A stretch of 64,000 nucleotides of DNA from NCBI GenBank assembly GCA_051252375.1, contig JBPOFY010000002.1, positions 448,001 to 512,000 of the forward strand. The letters run 5' to 3'. A program made the position numbers and the translations under genes. The stretch comes from Opitutaceae bacterium (GTDB lineage Bacteria; Verrucomicrobiota; Verrucomicrobiia; Opitutales; Coraliomargaritaceae). The notes under the pieces were generated by a model. The model was given only the letters and a program-made list of their open reading frames with translations, was not told the DNA's origin and made no database searches. The number at the start of each line of letters is the position of its first letter. Positions within the stretch are counted from its first letter, which is position 1. Of this stretch, positions 1-8,687 are shown piece after piece.

Positions 1-1
1 C

Positions 2-1213
2 TACCCTTCCCTCCAAGCCGCGATCGACGCAGGTGCAGATGCGGTTTATTTCGGTCTCGCACAGCTCAATATGCGCGCTCGCTCGCGACGCTCCTTCCAT
101 GTCGATGATTTAGAAACCATCATGGATCGTTGCCGCGCCGGAGGCATTCGCGGCTACCTCACGCTCAACACGCTGCTCTATGATCATGATTTAAAGCTCT
201 GCTACAAACTACTCGAAACTGCGAAAGCCCACGGTGTGCATGCCGTGATCGCCGCCGACATGGCCTGCATCTTGAAAGCGCGTGAGCTCGGCCTCGAAGT
301 GCACCTATCCACGCAGCTCTCGATATCGAACTATCAATCATTCAAGTTCTACGCTCAATTTTGCGACCGGATCGTGCTCGCACGTGAGGTCAATCTCTCG
401 CTCATACAAAAGATCCGCGAACAAGTCTTAGCCGATGACTTACGCGGCCCTTCTGGACGTATTGTTGAAATTGAAGCCTTCGCGCACGGCGCACTCTGCA
501 TTGCTGTTTCAGGCCGTTGCGGCATGTCGCTCTTCACCGACAACGCCTCCGCCAATCGCGGAGCCTGTGTGCAAAACTGCCGCAAAGAATATATCGTCAA
601 AGATAAGGACAGCGGGCAAGAGCTCCTCATCGATAATAACTTTGTGATGTCACCCAACGACATCTCCACCATCGACTTCCTAGATCAAGTCGTGCGCGCA
701 GGTGTTCACACCCTCAAGATCGAAGGTCGTGGACGTTCACCCGAATACGTCAAGCTAGTGACCCGCGCTTACCGCAAAGCAGTCGATGCCGTGCAAGCAG
801 GCACCTACTCCAAAGCGCTCGTTGCGGACCTCCTTTCTGACATCACTAAAGTTTACAACCGTGGACTCTCTGATGGCTACTACCTCGGTCGTGAACAAGG
901 CTGGTCCAAAGCGTATGGTTCGAAAGCCACCCACCAAAAAGTGCTACGCGGGCAAGTCACCCACTACTACTCAAAGATCGGCGTGGCAGAAATCACTGCC
1001 ACTGGTCCACTCCAAGTCGGCGATGAATTCGTCATCATCGGCGAAACCTCTGGCGTGATCGAAGGCACAATCGAAAGCCTCCGTCTCGACGATGGTGAAG
1101 TCACAGAAGTGAAGGCTGACGATGTGTTCGCGATCAAGGTCAGTGCAAAAGTTCGTCGTAACGATAAGTTCTTCATCCTCTCCCCCATTGCCACCCCACA
1201 ATTCGCATCGTGA
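2..1213 (+). CDS. Peptidase U32 family Fe-S protein (TrhP/RlhA-like O2-independent hydroxylase), 5' end outside window
   Basis: Frame open from base 2 ([18 protein letters not shown]). [26 protein letters not shown]ys cluster, LKIEGR motif and C-terminal beta-barrel domain. Confidence 0.9.
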   Translation, partial: YPSLQAAIDAGADAVYFGLAQLNMRARSRRSFHVDDLETIMDRCRAGGIRGYLTLNTLLYDHDLKLCYKLLETAKAHGVHAVIAADMACILKARELGLEVHLSTQLSISNYQSFKFYAQFCDRIVLAREVNLSLIQKIREQVLADDLRGPSGRIVEIEAFAHGALCIAVSGRCGMSLFTDNASANRGACVQNCRKEYIVKDKDSGQELLIDNNFVMSPNDISTIDFLDQVVRAGVHTLKIEGRGRSPEYVKLVTRAYRKAVDAVQAGTYSKALVADLLSDITKVYNRGLSDGYYLGREQGWSKAYGSKATHQKVLRGQVTHYYSKIGVAEITATGPLQVGDEFVIIGETSGVIEGTIESLRLDDGEVTEVKADDVFAIKVSAKVRRNDKFFILSPIATPQFAS

Positions 1214-1437
1214 AATTCATTCCCATCGCGCACAAGCAACCGGAATGTATCGGTTGTATGCTCTGCGCCGAAGTCGCTCCCCAATACTGGAAAATGAACG
1301 AAGACGGCGAAGCAGAATTACTCCGCATCACCCGCAGCGATAAAACCTTTCATTACAGTGAAGGATTCGAAGAAGACCGCGAGATACTAAACGAGGCTCA
1401 AGAAGGCTGCCCGGTGAATATCATTCGTATTGGCTAA
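1210..1437 (+). CDS. Small ferredoxin
   Basis: CIGCMLC...CPVNII; overlaps the U32 stop (GTGA). Confidence 0.85.
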   Translation: MKFIPIAHKQPECIGCMLCAEVAPQYWKMNEDGEAELLRITRSDKTFHYSEGFEEDREILNEAQEGCPVNIIRIG

Positions 1438-1447
1438 AACTCACCGC

Positions 1448-1480
<33 letters not shown>

Positions 1481-1531
1481 GTCAGAATCAGTTCTCTGTC
1501 CGCTCCATTCGACAGACTTATAACGCGAAAG

Positions 1532-1586
1532 GGATAACGTCGAGCAGTGGCGCGGCCTAGCCGTTGCCACCTGCGGCTGGTTGGGT
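1532..1586 (-). mobile_element. attC-like integron recombination site
   Basis: Minus strand: ACCCAAC (R''), hairpin gcag(g)tggc..cggc-tag-gccg..gccactgc with an extrahelical base, then GTTATCC (R'). Confidence 0.7.
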
Positions 1587-2300
1587 CCTTTGTGTGTAGT
1601 GAAAAGCTCTGATGAACTCTGCAGGTATATCTGTCTTAAATTCGATCCCTCCTCTTCTAGGATCTCCCGGCCAGTCTAGATCAAGCTGTAGCCAAAGCCA
1701 GTGAACGAATATATCGCTAAGGAGGCAATCAATCCCGGTTCGGGAATGATTTCTAAACCATTCGATGGGAGTGCATACTTCAATGAAACATGGCCTTCCT
1801 GCTGAAAAATACTTCTCTTCTTCGATTCCCAGCCGGCTGGTAATACTGCGAACGAGCTCGCTGCCATCTGAGTGATAAGAACGATTCTTTATCGCTGCTT
1901 CGATCCCCCGCATGCAAAATACACCACCTTCACCATGCCCAATGTAATCGGGGCCCAATTCTTCAACAATATCATCGATACGTTCATCGAGCCCGAAGAA
2001 ATCCTTGCACCATGAGATGAGTTGAGTGCTCTCCAGTCGCTTGATTCCTCTTAGAGTATAGTCGGCCTCATCAAAGACGCGACAACCGTGGTAAGCCGAG
2101 ACAGATTCTATTCTTTCTTTGGCTGTATCAGTGAATCGAACTAGGGCATGCTTAATTTCAATCGGCAATTCTCCAATGCCAGATATTGAAGAGACGAAGT
2201 GCTCATTTTCTTGGCAAAGCTCAAGCGTCGTTTTGCTTCCAATTGAGTCCTCAAGTATGACTTCCCAAAAAGGCTTTGGATTTTCTAAGTCGAGATTCAT
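1557..2300 (-). CDS. Hypothetical protein carried on a putative gene cassette
   Basis: ATG at 2300 lies 6 nt after GTTGGGT; stop lies inside the attC; more AT-rich than neighbours; AYHGCR motif. Confidence 0.75.
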   Translation of the reverse strand: MNLDLENPKPFWEVILEDSIGSKTTLELCQENEHFVSSISGIGELPIEIKHALVRFTDTAKERIESVSAYHGCRVFDEADYTLRGIKRLESTQLISWCKDFFGLDERIDDIVEELGPDYIGHGEGGVFCMRGIEAAIKNRSYHSDGSELVRSITSRLGIEEEKYFSAGRPCFIEVCTPIEWFRNHSRTGIDCLLSDIFVHWLWLQLDLDWPGDPRRGGIEFKTDIPAEFIRAFHYTQRTQPAAGGNG

Positions 2301-2615
2301 TCTTTTACCCAACAAGTTATTAGTGCATTTTACGATATCATTCCCCACATCTTCAGGTCAAACGGATTATAGGTAATGAAATCCTGTCATTCCTATTGCG
2401 CTATTATTCCATTTGGGATGATAGCGCATTTTTCGCTATTATTCCTCGCTTGCTTTAAAGACGCGTAGATTGTTTCTGGACGAATGTCTGGCGTGGGCAA
2501 TAAGCGCGCATTTGGGATTATTAATTAGCGTGACATGAGCGTCCATAAGCGGTGAGGACCCAACGTCATCGGTGAACACTTTGCTAGGCCGACTGATCAC
2601 TTCAAGCTTCTCAAA

Positions 2616-2749
2616 GCCTCTCGGATCGATCCATTCGACACAGGCTCATGGTGAAAAGGATAACGATCCCTACCAAAACTGGATTTTGCGCCTCTTGGAT
2701 CGATCCATTCGACACAGGCTCATGGTGAAAAGGTATAACGATCCCTACC
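2616..2749. repeat. Two tandem copies of a ~59-bp composite REP-like unit
   Basis: gcctc(tc/tt)ggatcgatccattcgacacaggctcatggtgaaaagg(t)ataacgatccctacc at 2616-2674 and 2690-2749. Confidence 0.9.
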
Positions 2750-2767
2750 CCGAGAGACGCCTGCCCC

Positions 2768-3451
2768 TCAATCCATTCTCGGAGCGGTCTGAATCGGATC
2801 TTTGGTGAATGCGATGGTGTTGGCGCCTAAAGTGCCACGAAAAGCCATCGAGGGCATGACTAAGGCACGACGGCCCAAAATAGAGCCGGGGTTGAGGACT
2901 GCATTGCAGCCAACTTCAGCAGCATCGCCGACCAAGGCACCGAGCTTTCTCAATCCGGATGTGGTGCGTGAACCATCGGGCAACTGCACTGGCACCTCGG
3001 TTTGATCGAGGCGTAGATTTGAACAAATCACGCCAGCGCCGAGATGGGCACCATTGCCCAACACACTATCACCGACATAGCTAAAATGTGGCACCTGAAC
3101 CTTATCGAGCAATAGACAGTTCTTAAATTCACAGGAGTTGCCTAAGACACAACCAGCGCCGGCGATGACATTTCCCCGAATAAACACGCCTGGCCGCAGC
3201 TCGCAGCCTTCGGCGATATAGACAGGTCCCTTAATCGAACCGAAAGCGGGCAATTTGACAGAGGGATGGATGTAAACCGATCCCTCGATCTTAAAGCCGG
3301 CAGGGATTTCGCCCTCATATGCGCCTAACTCAGCCCCATCCAACGCAATGCGTATGCGTGAAACCCATTCCCATGGAGCGAGTTCGCCAGTAAACACACC
3401 TGCAAACGGAAGGGACTCGGGGAAAGTAAACAAATCATTCGCTTTGAACAT
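2768..3451 (-). CDS. GlmU-like left-handed beta-helix acyltransferase (hexapeptide repeat protein)
   Basis: Hexapeptide repeats, PHFSYVGDSVLG, GLRKLGALVGD, GCNAVLNPG; no nucleotidyltransferase domain. Confidence 0.85.
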   Translation of the reverse strand: MFKANDLFTFPESLPFAGVFTGELAPWEWVSRIRIALDGAELGAYEGEIPAGFKIEGSVYIHPSVKLPAFGSIKGPVYIAEGCELRPGVFIRGNVIAGAGCVLGNSCEFKNCLLLDKVQVPHFSYVGDSVLGNGAHLGAGVICSNLRLDQTEVPVQLPDGSRTTSGLRKLGALVGDAAEVGCNAVLNPGSILGRRALVMPSMAFRGTLGANTIAFTKDPIQTAPRMD

Positions 3452-3577
3452 AACATGAGTCTGAACAAAACCACTCACCTGCGGCGAACCTAAAAATGAC
3501 TGCGCAATTCAATTATTGGTATTTGATTCGCCCGACAATAAGCCTACCTTCCTCCGTTTCCACTATTCCTACAAGCT

Positions 3578-4873
3578 GTGCACGACGTAAAAGAGAAACC
3601 CAAGATGGTCGAGAGGGCCATGCTCATCGGCATCACCCTGCCGCCAGATTCAGACACGCAAACCCGTAGTCTACTGGATGAATTGCGCGAGCTCGTCACC
3701 ACCCTCGGCATTGAGCTCTGTCACGAACGCTTGGTGCCGGTCCGTAAGCCACATGCCAAGTTCCTTGTTGGCTCTGGCAAAGCGGAAGAATTGATCAAGG
3801 AGGCACAAGAGCGTAACTGCGATGTGATCGTGATCGATAACGAGCTGACGCCCGCCCAAGAAAGAAACTGGGAAAAAGCAGCCAACGACAAAATTTTAGT
3901 CATCGACCGTCAGGAAGTGATTCTCGATATCTTCGGCAAGCGCGCGCAAACCAAAGAAGCGGTGCTACAGGTCGAGCTAGCACGCTTGGAATACAGCCTG
4001 CCACGCTTAAAAAGCGCATGGACACACCTCAGTCGCCAACGTGGCGGTGGCTCGATGCAACGTGATGCGGGTGAAACACAGCTGGAGCTCGACCAACGTA
4101 TGGTGCGCACACAAATCTCGCGCGTGAAACGTGAACTCGAAGGCGTCATCCAACAACGTGAAGTGCAGCGTAAAAGACGTATGACTGTGCCCGTGCCCAC
4201 TTGTGCGATCGTGGGCTATACCAATGCCGGTAAATCTTCGTTGCTCAACAAGCTGACGAACTCAAATATTTTGGCGGAAGATAAACTCTTCGCCACGCTC
4301 GACCCCACTTCGAGGCGTTGCCTACTACCGAATGGCCAACCGATGGTCATTACCGACACCGTCGGTTTCGTCCGCAATCTCCCCCACCGCTTGGTCGATG
4401 CCTTCAAGGCGACATTGGAAGAGGCTGTCATTTCGAACTTCCTCATCCACGTGCTCGACGTGAATAGTCCCGAGTTTGAAGCACATGCCGAAACTACGCT
4501 CAAAGTGCTCAAAGAACTGGGTGCAGGTGATAAAAAAATTATCACCGTATTCAATAAGGTGGACGACCTCTGGGATGAAAGCACCCGAAACGGGCTCATT
4601 TTTCAATTCCCCGACGCACACTTTATCAGTGCCAAAACAGGCGAAGGCCTCCCCGAATTGCTCCAAAAGATGGAAGCCATCGTGGAGAGTGAATTTAAGC
4701 AACTCCGACTCCTCATCCCACACGAACGCTACGACCTCGTGGCTCGGATCCACCGCGAAGGTGGTGTGCGTAAAGAAGAAGCACGCGATGAAGGCACCTA
4801 CCTAGTAGGCTCGATTCCGGATCGACTGCTCTCCTGTATACAACCCTACATCCTCAAGACAGAGGAGAGTTAA
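3578..4873 (+). CDS. hflX: GTPase HflX
   Basis: GYTNAGKSSL, DKLFATLDPT, DTVGF, NKVD; HLSRQRGG and GETQLE motifs. Confidence 0.97.
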   Translation: MHDVKEKPKMVERAMLIGITLPPDSDTQTRSLLDELRELVTTLGIELCHERLVPVRKPHAKFLVGSGKAEELIKEAQERNCDVIVIDNELTPAQERNWEKAANDKILVIDRQEVILDIFGKRAQTKEAVLQVELARLEYSLPRLKSAWTHLSRQRGGGSMQRDAGETQLELDQRMVRTQISRVKRELEGVIQQREVQRKRRMTVPVPTCAIVGYTNAGKSSLLNKLTNSNILAEDKLFATLDPTSRRCLLPNGQPMVITDTVGFVRNLPHRLVDAFKATLEEAVISNFLIHVLDVNSPEFEAHAETTLKVLKELGAGDKKIITVFNKVDDLWDESTRNGLIFQFPDAHFISAKTGEGLPELLQKMEAIVESEFKQLRLLIPHERYDLVARIHREGGVRKEEARDEGTYLVGSIPDRLLSCIQPYILKTEES

Positions 4874-5916
4874 GCTGTTTCCGTCGCCGCCTCTGATTGA
4901 ACCATCGCTCGCAGATCTTTAACAATCTCTGGGGAGATCGGCACACTTAGGTTGCTCAAATCTTCGTCTAACTCTGGATCATTGGTCTTCTTCGGTTGAA
5001 AGATCCCCAAGGCGAGATGGATCAACCAGTGTAGCACACCCTCAGTCTGCGGATCATTCAAAAACATCAACTCACGAGCTTGATAAGCCGAGTCATGTAA
5101 GCGAATCGGCAACCGTGGTTGACGCTTAGAATAATAATGCAAGCACTCGAAGACCTCTGGCAAAAGCTTCTCCTCCACCACTTTAGGCATCTCCATGCGC
5201 TTACCCATCAAACGGCTGCGACGACGGCGGCGCTCATGATACTCATACACGCTTTGCAGTTCCTTCCGAGTAATACGGTTCAAGCAAAACGACAACGTTT
5301 CGGTTAAATGAAAACCACGATGCCCCAATCGATAAGGGAAAAACTTAGTCAGCCCTTTCTCGTCACCATGAGCAAAAACGTTTTGTAGATTCTTATATGA
5401 ACCACCAATCCATGCTTTATCTGCCAAGCGATCTAAGAACTCCATTAGGTCCACAAAGGTAATGATTTCCTCGGCGGCGCAAAGCTCACGAAGGTCGACA
5501 TCTATATTTGCCAATTTCACCGGGAAATCTTGATACAGTCCATATTCCTCGACGAAACGCATGCGCTGGGCATTGGCCTGTGAATCGATTTCCTCAAATG
5601 ATCCTAAATCGTCGCACTCAGCTTCAAAAACAAAAGTAGTCTCGCAGATCTCGATCAGGTGAGTGGCGGTTTTAATATCCAGCTTCTCGACCTCTAACAG
5701 TTCATCGAACGTGAAATAAATATAACGAGCGACGGTATCGCCCTTTACTTTGCTTCCAGCACGCGACCATTGGCGAACACCTGAATTTTTAGCCAATCCA
5801 GAGATCGTCAAATTCTCGAAAGGAGAACCTTGAGCGCGAAAAGCGACCTTATCCCAGCGTGCGGATAAGTCATCCGTATTAATAGGTTTGCTCGAACCGG
5901 AATCGGAGTCAGTCAT
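4870..5916 (-). CDS. Hypothetical helical protein, last gene of the 5-gene operon
   Basis: 348-aa ORF starting 20 nt after the parA stop. Confidence 0.8.
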   Translation of the reverse strand: MTDSDSGSSKPINTDDLSARWDKVAFRAQGSPFENLTISGLAKNSGVRQWSRAGSKVKGDTVARYIYFTFDELLEVEKLDIKTATHLIEICETTFVFEAECDDLGSFEEIDSQANAQRMRFVEEYGLYQDFPVKLANIDVDLRELCAAEEIITFVDLMEFLDRLADKAWIGGSYKNLQNVFAHGDEKGLTKFFPYRLGHRGFHLTETLSFCLNRITRKELQSVYEYHERRRRRSRLMGKRMEMPKVVEEKLLPEVFECLHYYSKRQPRLPIRLHDSAYQARELMFLNDPQTEGVLHWLIHLALGIFQPKKTNDPELDEDLSNLSVPISPEIVKDLRAMVQSEAATETA

Positions 5917-5936
5917 GAAGTAGATAGAAAAAACTG

Positions 5937-6866
5937 CTAAGAGGCACTGGCCATCGGCGCACCACCGCTACTTGCAGCTGGGGCATTGACGTTGTGAGCG
6001 AGGATTTCCTCAGCCAAATCATCATAGTCCTTCCCCACGCCATCGGCAACATCACGGCTTTCAACGAGACATACAGGCAGACCTAAGGTAACGGCACGGC
6101 GAACAATCGTCGCATCGCGAACACAGGCGTTATAGATTTTGGCCTCATTGGAAACGAGTCGTTGCTTCTTAAACTGGTTCAAGCGCAATTGCATACGCAT
6201 CTTAGGCACGCCGATATCGACGTTGGCTTTAATCGAGTTGAAAATCACCCCCGAAACACGCGCAAAATTTCCCATTTCTTGAATACGGAAACCAGCAGAG
6301 CGACGATAGAACAAGAGCAGCTTTTCAATCATCAGAGTAAATCCGATCAATGAAAGGGCATCCGGGTTGGAAGGCACGTAGAGCTCATCCGCACTGAAAA
6401 TACCACACTGCGATGCATTGAGCACGTTTGGAGGGCAATCGTAGAGAATGAAGTCGTAGTCTTTCTCCACTTCACGAATCTGTTCATTAAAGATCAGATA
6501 GTGCGGGTTCTGTGGATTGATCTTATATTCATTCTCGATATCGATGAGATTGAAAGTGGTCGGCAGTAGATCGAGTCCGGGCAGCTGTAGGTTGCCTTGG
6601 TTATCACGCACCACATCTTTTACGATGATGTCCTTAATTCTGTCCTCGCCTGGCTCGAAGATCGAATAACTCGATCCACGTTTTTCCATATTGATGCGAT
6701 TCCAGCGCTCAATACGCAGCAACCAGATGCTCGAATTCGATTGAGTATCCAGATCGCAGAGAAGCACTTTCTTCCCTTTCTGAGCAAGACACGCAGCAAT
6801 ATTGACGATCAGTGATGTTTTACCAACACCCCCTTTATAGTTAATAAATGCTAGTTTACGAGCCAT
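5937..6866 (-). CDS. ParA/MinD family ATPase (no adjacent parB)
   Basis: Deviant Walker A KGGVGKT, DLDTQSN, YDCPPN. Confidence 0.92.
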   Translation of the reverse strand: MARKLAFINYKGGVGKTSLIVNIAACLAQKGKKVLLCDLDTQSNSSIWLLRIERWNRINMEKRGSSYSIFEPGEDRIKDIIVKDVVRDNQGNLQLPGLDLLPTTFNLIDIENEYKINPQNPHYLIFNEQIREVEKDYDFILYDCPPNVLNASQCGIFSADELYVPSNPDALSLIGFTLMIEKLLLFYRRSAGFRIQEMGNFARVSGVIFNSIKANVDIGVPKMRMQLRLNQFKKQRLVSNEAKIYNACVRDATIVRRAVTLGLPVCLVESRDVADGVGKDYDDLAEEILAHNVNAPAASSGGAPMASAS

Positions 6867-6917
6867 GTTAAATCCTTGGTTTATATAAAAATATGATATG
6901 AAGGGCGGAATCCGTTC

Positions 6918-7646
6918 TTAGAACTGATTCTCGAAGTCGTCGATAGTAGGCAACTCTTCAGAAAAACCGACAGAAAAATCACCAAATTCGTCCACACCGT
7001 CATGTGTGCCTGTTTTGGCGCTCGGCTCCTCTTGGCTTGAAAGAATCTTTTCGGAGATCGCACGGTCGATGTAGATTTCCGCCCAGTAGCCATTCTCCAC
7101 CTCATAATCATCAGGCACATAACCATACTTATCAAGAATCTCAAGGATCAGTGATGAATCAGGGGTCGCGCTGAACCCAGAAAGCATGCCACGATCTTCG
7201 TGAGCGGCAATCGTTTCATCCACAATAAATGGTGGCACGATACCATCATATGATGGGTGGATCGTGTGCTGTGTGGACCAACGCTGCCAGCGCTCTCGAT
7301 CGACGGAGCGTTCGGTCTTAGACAGCGCTTCGAAATAATAGATCTTACGACGGCTGAGACGGCGAACCAAGGCGCAGGCCTTCACATCACCATGCTCAAT
7401 TTCCAACCAGTCACCACGACGTGGCTCTTCTACCGGATTACGTGTCTGCGAAATATCCTCTGGGGCTTCGAGGAAGTCTTTACCGCCAGTGAAACAGAAC
7501 TTAACTTCGGTTTCGCCGTGACGTTGAATGTCGAGCTTACCTTTCTTAATCAGCTCTTCTTGAAACTTCTCCGCATCATTACGAGATGATGCCCACATGA
7601 ATTGTGTGATTGAAGTTGTGACTTTGAATTTACGTTGAATAGACAT
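6918..7646 (-). CDS. Hypothetical protein with acidic C-terminus
   Basis: 242-aa ORF in operon context; no motif recognised. Confidence 0.75.
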   Translation of the reverse strand: MSIQRKFKVTTSITQFMWASSRNDAEKFQEELIKKGKLDIQRHGETEVKFCFTGGKDFLEAPEDISQTRNPVEEPRRGDWLEIEHGDVKACALVRRLSRRKIYYFEALSKTERSVDRERWQRWSTQHTIHPSYDGIVPPFIVDETIAAHEDRGMLSGFSATPDSSLILEILDKYGYVPDDYEVENGYWAEIYIDRAISEKILSSQEEPSAKTGTHDGVDEFGDFSVGFSEELPTIDDFENQF

Positions 7647-7697
7647 GGTTCGATTTGGTTTAGGTGATAGACGTAAAGTAAATGAAAACGGTCGAGG

Positions 7698-8651
7698 TTA
7701 ACCGGCGGCTTGTTCATCCTGAGCATCAGAAGCTTCAGCTGAAGCCTCCAAGCCAGGAACAGCATGCAACATTTCTGCTGCGCTTTGGAATCGATCTTCG
7801 GGATTGTATGCGAGGGCTTTTGCCATCCATGCATCCCAGCGCGGATTGATTCCATTGACTGCCTGGGTTGGCATATCCAATGAAAGGCTATGACGACCAG
7901 TCAGCATGCGGTAAACAATCAGACCGATTGAATACAAATTACTCAAATGATCGGGGCGATTGCCCGCACGTTGCTCGGGGCTGTAATATTCAAAAGCGCT
8001 GAGCAATGCAGGAAGCGCACGACTAAAGCCGGGCAAGGGATCAAACGGCGTAGGCTCCATGCGAGCATCTTTACGTGAGAGATGAAAGTCATCCCAAGCG
8101 TTACCGATCAATTCAGTGACTCCAAATTCGGCGACTTTGACACCTTCTTCAGCGATCATGATATTTGCAGGCTTCAGATCCGCATGGATCACTCCATGAG
8201 AATGCGCGTGGTCGACTCCAAGCAGCAGGTAGTAGAGATAGTAAGAAATTTCGTCTTGAGACAAGGGGCCTTTATTGTGGCTCATCAAGTCATGCAGCGT
8301 GCGAATGCAATTTCTTTCGGCAGTCATTTCGCCCTCGATGAGCTCCATGCGAAGCCAGTAAAACATGTCTTCTTCGCCCAAGTCATCGATGCGGAGAATA
8401 TTCGGATGTTCCAATTTGGTTTGAATGCGAGCTGCCTGCTTGAAGGCTTCGCTCGCTTCTGTCCCAGAAAACCCTTTAGGGATCACTTTGACAGCAAACT
8501 GCTTACCGAGAATCTCATGCTGCGCAAGATACACTTCGCCAATCGCTCCCTTCCCAACGAAACTAACAATGTGCAAATTTCCAAGCGTCATGCCTGGCTG
8601 TAATGAGCTAAGCTCATCTGTGAATCCCATTCCGGAAATATCCATAATCAT
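7698..8651 (-). CDS. Ser/Thr protein kinase-fold protein, probable pseudokinase
   Basis: GKGAIGEVY, FAVK, HPNI, HADLKPAN and YSPEQ present; EFG instead of DFG. Confidence 0.88.
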   Translation of the reverse strand: MIMDISGMGFTDELSSLQPGMTLGNLHIVSFVGKGAIGEVYLAQHEILGKQFAVKVIPKGFSGTEASEAFKQAARIQTKLEHPNILRIDDLGEEDMFYWLRMELIEGEMTAERNCIRTLHDLMSHNKGPLSQDEISYYLYYLLLGVDHAHSHGVIHADLKPANIMIAEEGVKVAEFGVTELIGNAWDDFHLSRKDARMEPTPFDPLPGFSRALPALLSAFEYYSPEQRAGNRPDHLSNLYSIGLIVYRMLTGRHSLSLDMPTQAVNGINPRWDAWMAKALAYNPEDRFQSAAEMLHAVPGLEASAEASDAQDEQAAG

Positions 8652-8687
8652 TTTGGGTTATACTGAATTTTAAGAGGTGTTGAGTTA

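Noticed and set aside
2616..2749. Possible CRISPR array
   Set aside because: Only two ~59-bp units with a 15-bp spacer, REP-like CTACC ends, and no cas genes
2572..2808. 78-aa ORF with internal repeat
   Set aside because: Translation of the tandem REP units
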